DNA of 64,000 nucleotides from assembly GCF_009914755.1 (NCBI RefSeq), contig NC_060932.1. The stretch is one strand, 5' to 3'. The stretch comes from the human T2T-CHM13v2.0 reference genome, Homo sapiens. Positions 53,245 to 64,000 of this stretch are shown in pieces; the stretch's first letter is position 1, and each line of letters opens with the position of its first letter. The notes below the pieces were generated by a model. It made no database searches. It was not told the DNA's origin and worked only from the letters and a program-made list of their open reading frames with translations. The position numbers and the translations under genes were made by a program.

Positions 53245-53681
53245 CATGACATTATAAAATAATGACCTGGCAAATTAGATGGAACTGTTGAAAAGGGCTG
53301 TTTTTAAAATTTCAGATCATATTGCTAATCAGGCTTTTGTTTGCTCTGGTGAGTGTTGTTTTAAGCAACACAATCCAATGCTAATTTACTGTTGTATAAT
53401 AATTTATTCAGTAGGCCCTGCTATATCCCAAGCACCTGGCAAGTAGTAGGCACTTGTTATTCCTAAAATGAATGAGTGACTGAGCATACAAACCAACTAT
53501 TGTATACATAAATGTTTTTAAGTTACTCCAATTATTTTTTTTTTTTTTACCACAGTTAAACTCCTTCATAAGTTCTACTTGAAGTAGGAACTATTAAGAT
53601 ACTCTAAGATAATTACATTTTTGCTGATAGTTGTACTGCACCTACAGGTTACTTTTTTTTTTCTTCAAGCAAACTGCATAG

Positions 53682-54030
<349 letters not shown>

Positions 54031-55169
54031 TAAAAAGATTCTACACAAAGATATCTTCTAATTTCCTAAGCAAGACTTTTCTTATACAGAAAAAGATATA
54101 TTTACATGTATATTTTTCAGTTTTCCTAATTGTCGATCCAAGAATTGGTTGTAGGCTATTTAATTCCAGGCATTTCCTATAATTACCCCCATAAAAATGC
54201 CGGATTAAAGTGTATTAGCAAAGTATGTTAACGCTCCTGAGAACAGATTTGTTAAAGAAGGTCCAAGAAATGACAGTGTTGTCACCACTCAGAAATGGCC
54301 ATTTCCATTGAAGGAAGTGCTCCTCAGCTCCCCTGAGAGTCTGACCTCAGTTGAATTAAATTTGACCTTGTAACTGATGTTTTTAAGAAACATTGAACAT
54401 AGATTGCTGACGACGGTGGATAGGTGGTGTCAGGGCAGTTTGAGCACACTGGGAATATAAGGCTCCTCATTATACGGCATGCCAAAAAAAGTTTGTCCTC
54501 CAGGCAAGTATCCGAATTATATTGGAAGTTTGAAATGCCGGTATTGATAATAGTCTGCAAATATCCACTACCATCTTCATTTTTCTTTAATTCTCACCAT
54601 ATTTATCCTACCAACAAGATAATTTGTAGAGTATGACTAAACACAGCAACTAAGAATGCTTTTACCAAAATAAAATTATAAGTTGTGTAACAGTTTAGTT
54701 TCAGATAAAAAAGCAGACGTTCTTTCTGCCAGTGCTAGAAGTCAGTGAACATTTGACAGAGTCAAAATGGTTCCCAAGAAAAGCAGAGAAAAGGGACAAC
54801 CCCAAAAATAGAATGACTTCTCACAGACCACTGCTTGAGCAACTTGTGAGCTGTAGGAGGGGCGCTGGTTCCTAAGCCTGAAGTGGAGGGCATGTTTTAA
54901 TCCAGCCTGCATGAGGTTGTAGTGTGGTGCTTCCCTACCTCGGGGCAGCGGTGGGCGGGCAGTCCACACATTGCTAAAGGACCTGAGGAAAGTGGCTGGA
55001 GCGTCCAGAAAATTGATGAAAACTACAAAGTCTGCTTGGTTCTGCTTTGGCTTGCTAGATTACATCCCTTTTTTGTAAAAGACAATAAACTTGAGAAGTC
55101 TTTTTAAAATTAGATAATCAAAGTTGAGATCACTGAGGGCTGTGTCCAGCACACAGGCTAGCTGGGAAG

Positions 55170-55405
55170 CAGCAGAGCAGGAAGGCACAAGCACAGATTG
55201 TGGGATCCCCCTGCTCTTCAGGTCTGGCCCCTCCCTCCTCAGTGCTGTCGCCTTGGGGCCAGCTTCTTCATCTCTCCCTGCCTCAGTTTTCTCATCTCTA
55301 GAGCAGGGATAATAGTAAGACCTACCTCACAGGGGCATTACAGCATTGAAAGGGCATCAGGTACTTCAGATGGTGCCTTTCTAATAATCACTCAGTAAAT
55401 GCTTA
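55170..55405 (+). mobile_element. MIR
   Basis: ctgcctcagttttctcatct...gggataatagtaagacctacctcacaggg...cactcagtaaatg. Confidence 0.7.
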
Positions 55406-55910
55406 CAGTTCATTATAAATCTGAAGGAACCCAAAGGCGAAGATTGAGCAAAGTTGATTTGGTCTGCCCAGTGAAGAATACTTTCTGTATTTTGTAGTAA
55501 GGCTGACTTTAAAAATAGAGGTAGTGGATGTTGTTGTTTCTCTTTCTCTGCCCTTCCCCATGTATGTGAGGCCCTTCAGGAGCACAGGCACACATGCAGT
55601 GCCAATTTACTCCCAGATCCAAGGGTGTTCAGGAGTGGACCTCGAATTTCAAATAGCTGTGATTTTATTTAACTTTATTGGATTCTAGTTTTATTATATT
55701 ACCACCAGAGAGTTTGGCCTTTAAGATCTCTAATTCTTTGAAATGATTAAGTTTTCCTTTGTGGCCTTCTTTATAATTGATTTTTATAAATATTCTATTG
55801 ATGTGTGAAAAAAAATACAGATTCTCTATTTGAAGGATGTACTTTCTTTCTCTTTATCTAATTCTTCCACATCTTTACTTGTTTAGAATTGTCAGATTTG
55901 AGGAGATACG

Positions 55911-56209
55911 CAGTCATGCACTACATAACGATGTTTTGGTCAATGACCGACCGCGTGTAGTGTCGTGGCCACATAAGATTATTTCCTTTTTTTACTGTAC
56001 CTTTCCTATGTTTAGATATATTTAGATATACAGATACTTGCCATTATGTTACAGTTGCTGTTCAGTGCATTAATATGTTGTATAGGTCTGTAGCCTAGCT
56101 GTGTAGGTGTTGTGTAATACACTCTGTGATGTTCACACAGTGAGGAAATTACCTAGCAATGCGTTTCTCGGATCAGATTGTATCCCCCTTGTTAAGCGAC
56201 CCATGACTG
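55911..56209. mobile_element. Tigger3a (GOLEM)-like DNA transposon relic
   Basis: TIRs cagtcatgcactacataacg / gttaagcgacccatgactg followed by TA. Confidence 0.8.
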
Positions 56210-56805
56210 TATAAAAAACTTCCTACAATATTTGTGTTTTTAACAAATGTTCATTAAATTCCCAACAGACTTTGCTTTATGGCTAATTAGAGGCTTATGA
56301 ATGATTACAGTTTCTTTGTTAATTGTCTTTCGCCCTGTTATCTTAATTACCAGTTTAACCTGAAATGTAATCTTGTCAACTGTGAACACGGCCCTTCTCA
56401 CCTCTATGCTTACCTATGCCTCGTGATGTCCATTCTGTAGTCCTCTGTGGGTAACTAGTCTAAACTGACCGTGCTAAGCTAATCCCTTGCCTTCTGCTGC
56501 TGATTTCAGTCTTTTTAAAAGGAATTTTAAAACATGATATTAAAGAAATGTAGAAAACTTATTTCGATGATAGGAGGGGAGGTAGTCGGGAAGACCTTAT
56601 CTCCCAGGGAACACATATTCTCTGTTCTGGTATTTCTTCCCCTAGTGGAGCAGCAGTTCCAAACCCAAATGTTGTCTCAGGGGTCCTTTTCACTTTTTAA
56701 AATTACTGAGGACCCCAAAGAGATTTTGGTCATGTGAGTTATATCTATTAATGTTTGCCACATTAGAAATTAAAACACTTTTAAAAATATTTCTCCATTT
56801 ATTTA

Positions 56806-57351
<546 letters not shown>

Positions 57352-58805
57352 CTGGGGCCTCTGGAGCACTTCACTGCACACTAACGAATGTGAGGATGGA
57401 AAAGGAAAATCATATCTTAGTGAAACTGTGGAAATAGTTTAGACCTCGGGCTCCCCTAACAGGCCCCTAGACGATGCTTTGGGAACCGTGGTGGTAGAAC
57501 TCTCTCTCCCAGACTCACTCTGCCCTGACCCCTCTTATTGGTGAGAAACAGGCATGTGTAACTCTTCTTTTTCCTTTGAGGAATAAAAGATATTTGTACA
57601 TTTTGGTCTGTTTCTTTCATGTCTTAGTGCTGTAGGGCAAGAAGCCTATCTGGGGAGGCTTTGGTTATTAAGCAGTGCTTACGGCTGGCTGGCTTCATCT
57701 CAGTCTAGGATTCAGATTAGGAAATCCATTGTTGTGTGAATCTGAATCGCATCCGCCAGTCCAGCTATTATTAGCGATAATGCTGATAACCTCAGTTGGC
57801 CTGAATCCTTTGTCTCTAAATTGATTCTAAAGTGAGGCAGGGAAAAGGGGTGCTATTCAACACTAAAACAAGGAATTTAATAACAATATTCAGTTAATTT
57901 GAAAAGATAAAGGAACAGGATTGAAATTTTAACATTGGTCTTCTCAGCTTTGCTTGGCCTAACCTGATCTTATCTCTGGCCAGTGCCCTCAACTGGTGTG
58001 TTTTAGTGTAAGATATTTTTATGTAAATATGTTAGAAATCACAGAATGTTTTTTCCCCCAAAGATTATCATGTAATTGTCACATTTATAATGTTATTTGT
58101 GGCTCAGTATGTGACTTAGTGATTTCTCATTCTGGAAATCAAGAAAGGCTGGAAGGAGAATTGGAAGGAAGGGATGAAAAAACTCCATTTTCAGAGAAAT
58201 AAGAGGCAGATGCAATTCACAGACTCTAAAATGTGCATGAGGCTTACCAAAAGCAGCTAAGCCTGGGCAGTGATACTATAGGCGGAACTGAGCAGAAGGG
58301 CTTAGGCTAACAAAAGCACTCGTCAGGGCCAGGTCTAGAAGTCGAGCCCCACATACCCTGTGCACTGAGAGGCTGAGTCGCAGATGTTCAACTCCAGCTT
58401 GCAGAGTGCAGAAGTTCCAGGGAGGACCACTGACAGCAAAGGGCTTCCTGGATCCAGTTTTACTCAGGGACATGGGCTGTGGGGTCTCCCAGGGATTCAC
58501 ATACATGCAGGTAGCGGCTGGGGGAGAGAGTGGTGGAACTGGGAAGGCTGGAAGCTGCCCTTCCCCCAACCCTGAGGGCATCTGCAAAACAGGTGCCCTA
58601 GGAAGTCCCACCTCACTCTGAAATGCCTGTTAGAGAAGGTGACCGTCACCGCATGGATATTCTCTAAGGAAATTGTCTGTGAAGCAGGATGGAATCATGA
58701 GCAGACAGTTCATCATAAATGAAAAAAACAGGAAACTCATGAAGGAGTTCTGTGGCAGGAGATCCCAGTGCAGGAATGCGACAAAACAGAAAAGAGATTT
58801 TAATG

Positions 58806-59128
58806 AGGTTGAGTATCCCTTAATCCCAAATGCTTAGAACTGGAAGTGTTTTAGATTTTGGATTTTTTCAGATTTTGTAATATTTACATATACATAATGA
58901 GATAACTTGGGGCTGGGATACAAGCCTAAACATGAAATTCATGTATGTTTCACATACACCTTATACATATTACCTGAAGGTAATTTTATACAGTATTTTT
59001 AATAATTTTGTGCAACCCATCACATGAGGTCAAGTATGGAATTTTCCACTTGTGGCATCATGTCCATGCTCAAAAAGTTCCAGAGTTTGGAGGATTCTGG
59101 ATTTTGGAATTAGGGATGCTCAACCTGT
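58806..59128. mobile_element. Tigger4/MER46 (Zombi) DNA transposon relic
   Basis: TIRs aggttgagtatccctta / tagggatgctcaacctg followed by TA. Confidence 0.8.
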
Positions 59129-59249
59129 ACAACCAAGTGAGACAGCAGGAGACAAAGTCAAGTTGGCAGAAGAAAGGATGGCAGCAGCCGGGAGAACCAC
59201 CACAGAGGCGAAGGTGGGATTGGAAGGGCCCAGGAGAAGACAGAGATGT

Positions 59250-60460
59250 TTTGGGAAACACAAAAAAGGTGATGGAAATAATACGAATGAGAAAATTAAT
59301 AAGAATGAAACCGTAATCATGAGTTTAAAAGGAACTAGAAAGAAAATTACAGCTGAAGAGAACAGGGAGAGGGGTTCCAGCATATTTATCACTGGAATCT
59401 TCAAACAGGAAAACAAAACAAAAGGACAGAACAAATATTTAAAGATAATGTTCAGGAAAATTCTGCTCAGGTAAAAATAGATGGAAGTGTACATTGTGAG
59501 AGGGCAAATTTTATGCTGGGGAAGGTTGACTGAGAACAGGTTGTGAGTGTGCCATATCCTACAGGAATTATTAAACTCTGAAGATGAAGCAAGAACCTCC
59601 CAATGGCTGAACAAACATGTCGTCTCTTACTGAGGGAAAAGATCAGGGTGGCTTCAAATTTCTCCAAATTCTTCAGATAGTGGAGTAATCCTTACTTATG
59701 GGATCCTCCAGGAAGAAAGGATGGCCCATGAATTTTATGTCCAGTCAAACCATCTTTTGTATCCAGTCTGCAAACAAACAGTATTGATCATGTGAGAACT
59801 CAGGGAATACTTACTGTTCTCATGAGCAGTTTCGGCTGGAGAAACAGTGTCCATCGGACTGGATGTCAGTGAATCTCTGCAGCATCAGCTGTGTGGCTGA
59901 GGGTGACGGAGCAGAGTGTGAGTGGAGGGCAGAGGAGAAAAGGTCGGTGGTTAGAGGTTTGTTGACTGTCTCACCTGTAATCACAGGGAGGCACTAAGAT
60001 GTTATTCACTAAAATCAAGTTGTAGAGGAGAGGGATGGAAGGAAGAAGGAGCAAGATGAATGGCAGTTTTATCACAATGTGGAACAGTAAACTAACAGGC
60101 TAAGATGTGTTGTATGAGGATTCCGAAGGAGAGGGAATTACATAGAGTTAAAATTCCAAAAGTAACCCCTAGTACAAAATAGTGCAAACATTTCTAAATT
60201 TCAGAAGAACTACAGAGAGAACGCAAAGTTTTTCAAAAAGCTACAAAAACATGTCATAAAATTAAGACCAAACATGCTGTGTCTATACATGTAAACACAT
60301 AACTTTATACACATAACCTGAAGGCTGGTAAAAGATTTCAGATTGAATCAAAAAGTGAAACCCAACTCCAAGTTGTACGTAAGAAGCACACCTAAAACAG
60401 AGATTTACAAAAGTTGAAAATAAAAGAATGAAAAGATACACTAGGGAAAAGTAAAAAATA
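59250..60460 (+). mobile_element. Ancient L1M ORF1/ORF2-start remnants
   Basis: Peptide EENRERGSSIFITGIF resembles the L1 ORF1p R-SNI-I-G motif; downstream text resembles the endonuclease start (ctctcagattg-/agagacacacct-like). Confidence 0.5.
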
Positions 60461-61231
60461 AAGTGGGACAAAAAGCATTAAAGGAAAGCAGCAGCCCACT
60501 TTTTCCTGCCATGATGCACATCAGAGTAGGGGTAACTGGAAAAGCAGGGCATCCCTGGAGGGGCAGGTGGAGCAGCGGCGAGGGCCTCGGTCATCATTCC
60601 CACAGGAGACCTCTACTTCGTGGGTTCTGTCACAGGGATTTGTTACTGTGGCTTCCCAGAATACAAATTCTACAATTTTGTATTTTAGTGCAATTTATTT
60701 GCTATTTAATAATGAGTTTTTAAATACAAAATGGTATTTAACAATGAGTTTTGGTGTTGTGTTTCCTTTTTAATTTCTACATGGAAGGGCTGTTTGATTT
60801 TCTGATTGTCTGTTCAGCAAACAACTGCGAGTATGGGCTTAGGTTGTGAAAATACTTGTTAGTGCCCAACCATTCATTCTAGCCTCTTTCTGGTGTGCCC
60901 TTTTGCTACAGAGGCTGGAAAGCTAAAAGCTCCATTTCAGACTCTTGCAGCCTGGGCTCCGGGAGGAGATATGCTTCCACTAACTAAATGAATAGCCTGC
61001 AAGACTAGAAGACAGAGCTGTAGGCTGCGGCTGCCTCAGCTCCCTTGTATGAAGGTCTCTTCAGGTTTGCATGGGTAGTGACTGTTTCCTATACTTGGAC
61101 TCGGACTGATACAGTGACTTAATTTAGGATGGCATGTTAGAAATCTTCATGCATGTGTGTTATATCACTGTGGTTTGTAATTCCATATTAAATATATATA
61201 TCGCTCAGCTTTTTTCCGTCTTTCCTTTAAG

Positions 61232-61325
61232 CTGTTGCAGCTAATTGCAAAATCCCAGTTAACTTCATTGAGTGGCGTGGCACAGAAGAATTACTTCAAC
61301 ATTTTGGATAAAATCGTTCAAAAGG
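61232..61325 (+). CDS. FBXO25: FBXO25 exon 6
   Basis: tttcctttaag|CTG TTG... translates [31 protein letters not shown]; donor G|GTAAGA; 94 nt. Confidence 0.95.
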
Positions 61326-61979
61326 GTAAGATGATCACTGTATTTTTAATACTCTAAATCTTAATTAGAAATTTGGTGCAAGGAGATGGGATTTTTCTTT
61401 TATCTTTACGCAGTACACATACTGTCAAAAACAATTGTGTAAATAATGTGATAACATCAGAAATACAGGTCATCCTTCCAGTTCCCAGTGTTCTGTTACT
61501 GCCGTTTACTTTTTTAAAGTTGCTTTTGCATACAAATGGATATATTAGGAAAAATAACTAATCACACAACTTAAAAAAGCTATTTTACTTTTTCATGGTT
61601 AGCTAATCACAGTTCATTTTAGATGTATGCTTCCAAAATTAGCAGGATTGTGACTTACTCACTTAGGCATCAGATAAGCCAATAATTTTCTTTCTAATTT
61701 AATGAGCTTGCCTTGATAAGTTACTGGCTGTTAGTAAATGGAACTTTAAATTTCACACCATGACTTTATACATGCATAGGAATATATGACTCTATATTTA
61801 AGCCATTTTAAAGTAGCCTCTTTATGATAAGTACAAAAGAACGTGTAAACTGACCATTTTTAAGGCAAAATTGTAGACCCAACTGAAAATTTATCAGATA
61901 AAATTTTAAAGTTTTAAGAAATCTCATATTTGTGATATCTCAAAAATGATGTCACTTTTGGGTTGCAGTGAAATTACAT

Positions 61980-62440
61980 CTTTTTATTGTGGTAAAATAC
62001 ACATTACATAAAATTTACCATTTTAGCAGTTTTTAAGCATACAGTTCAGCGGCATTAAGTGTGTGTATATTACTGTGCACCCATCACCACCAGTCATCTC
62101 CAGAACCTCTTCATTGTCCCAAACTGAAACTCATACCACCTTAAACACTGAGTCCCCATTCCTCCTCCCCACCAGCCCCTGGTAATTATCATTCTACTTT
62201 CTGTCTCTACGAGTTTGACTACTCATGTAAGTGCCTTATGTAAGTGGGTGCCTCATGTAAGTGGAGATATATATTTGTCCTTTTGTAGCTAGCTTATTTC
62301 ACTTTGCATAATGTCTTCAGGGTTCATCCATGCTGAATATGTGTGAGAATTTCCCTCCTTTTTAGGGCTGAATAATATTCTATTGCATGTATAGATCACA
62401 CGTTGTTTGTCTGTTCGTCTATCAGTGGACATTTGGGTTA
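61980..62440 (-). mobile_element. L1MB 3' end, antisense
   Basis: tttttattgtggtaaaatacacattacataaaatttaccatttta...cagtggacatttgggtt. Confidence 0.85.
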
Positions 62441-62510
62441 TGAAACTAGATCTTTTTTTAAAGTGTTGCTTAACTGTATCAATCCATAGTTTTATTTTTA
62501 TTTATTCCAG

Positions 62511-62695
62511 TTCTTGATGACCACCACAATCCTCGCTTAATCAAAGATCTTCTGCAAGACCTAAGCTCTACCCTCTGCATTCTTATTAGAGGAGTAGGGA
62601 AGTCTGTATTAGTGGGAAACATCAATATTTGGATTTGCCGATTAGAAACTATTCTCGCCTGGCAACAACAGCTACAGGATCTTCAGATGACTAAG
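62511..62695 (+). CDS. FBXO25: FBXO25 exon 7
   Basis: tattccag|TT CTT GAT... translates (V)LDDHHNPRLIKDLLQDLSSTLCILIRGVGKSVLVGNINIWICRLETILAWQQQLQDLQMTK; donor AAG|GTATAA; 185 nt. Confidence 0.96.
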
Positions 62696-64000
62696 GTATA
62701 AATATCTCGGCATAAGAGTTATTACACTCTGTTTTTATATTACAGAAGTTATCTTTTCTAAGCATACATGAAAGACTGCTATAGCTTTTTGAAAGATTTT
62801 CTAATGCTTTCATAAGTATTCATTAAATTGTTTTAAAATAGAAAAGGACCAAAGACCCCAATGGCTTATAGTTGCTGTTGGAAAGACAGTGGGAATAGCA
62901 ATCATCAAACCAGGCTGATCCTATGGGTGATTAGATGTAAATAAATTTACCTTCATGGGAAACTGAATATTTCAGTTATTAGAATAACATTCAGTAAATT
63001 AAGGCTAAATTGTGTTGCCAGTAATTCTCTCTTTATTTAGTTGTTGCTTCTCCCAAGTTAGTAACTTTTTGTCTTCTTCCTTGCTGTCTTTTTTGGGGAT
63101 GTGTTTATAGTTCTTAGCAACAGTGAACAAGGCCAAAAGAAGGTGCAAATCATGTCAGTTTTTTTGATATTTTTTCTTTATTCTGGTAACTAGTTTCAAC
63201 AAGAATAATGTTAACACCATTGCCCCGAGTATTTAGATAGTGTTTTATTTAACTCTAGTACTCATAAGAAAAAGAATAAACCGAAGATATATCTTAGCGG
63301 TGTGCCTTACGTAGCCTTGGTGGTATAAATGATTCTGCAGATTGCACTGCTAAGATCCTAGTTACCTTTTATCACAGCACCCCAGTTTTCACATAAAGGA
63401 ATGGTTTTCAAGTGCCCTTTGAATGCCTTAACTTTTGGCTGTTTATTTGCCATCTAAATATGGGATTTACAAAAAGAGTGATGATTGCCTAGTTATGAGT
63501 CTGAAATTATCCTTAATAATGTAACATTCAGCGTCAGTAAGAGTTAAGCAAGTTTGTTATAAACGTTGGATTCTTTGTTCTGTTGTTGTCTTGGTGTGAC
63601 CCTACAGTCATTCAAAGCTTTGCACAGGCTGGCTCTTCGCTGCCTCTTTTACTGCGTTCCCCATGCATACATAGGTGGGTTGTGCTAAAAGTCCATCTGT
63701 AAGACACTTATGCATGGCATGGGGCTTGCTGTAGAAGTCCTAACATGAGTGGCGAGGCCACATGGCCAAAGTCCCCTTTCTCCTGATGAGGCAGATCCGT
63801 GCTAGTGATGTTCAGCAGGTGACCTTCTGGGGAGAGAATAGGGTGTGTCCTTGTCCATGGTGGGTTTTCATGGTCAGGATCCCAAGGAAGGGGGTGTTTG
63901 GGAAAGGCCAAACACCAGACCAGGAAGCAGCCTTTCTCGTCTGGCTGGGAAGTTCCAGGTAGGATTAGTGGCTCTGCATTCTTTGGAGAGAGATGTGGAG

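Noticed and set aside
59052-59614. 140-aa (+) and 164-aa (-) ORFs
   Set aside because: They span a Tigger4 relic and decayed L1 ORF1-like sequence, with no splice or promoter support.
63111-63135. ttcttag-caacagtgaacaaggcc resembles the expected start of the next FBXO25 exon (QVNNG)
   Set aside because: Frame and downstream sequence do not give the F-box LTLSDLP motif; chance similarity. The next exon lies outside the window.

Overview
Human (or near-identical primate) genomic DNA, not prokaryotic. The window holds the 5' part of FBXO25 (F-box only protein 25, atrogin-1/FBXO32 family; the functional locus is at 8p23.3) on the + strand. A CpG-island promoter and non-coding exon 1 lie at ~17.6-18.8 kb. 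Six coding exons (24235-24368, 42590-42693, 44135-44184, 46864-46956, 61232-61325, 62511-62695) splice with GT-AG boundaries into an uninterrupted 220-codon frame ([12 protein letters not shown]...LQDLQMTK); the gene continues beyond the window. The rest is retrotransposons (Alu, L1, L2, MIR, LTR), DNA-transposon relics and several tandem repeats/duplications. Nearly all listed ORFs are spurious or TE-derived. I found no convincing new multi-gene system. The best leads are splicing-level: an in-frame 9-nt candidate microexon (adds EYC) and a 21-nt one in intron 2, a MIR-derived candidate 5'UTR exon with a strong-Kozak uORF, an array of donor-like repeats after exon 1, and inverted Alu/L1 pairs bracketing exons 3-5. 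Upstream there is a near-perfect 10-copy VNTR amplified from an L1 3'UTR and a 71-bp three-hairpin minisatellite. Coordinates were counted by hand. TE family names and reference protein comparisons are from memory, not from a search.
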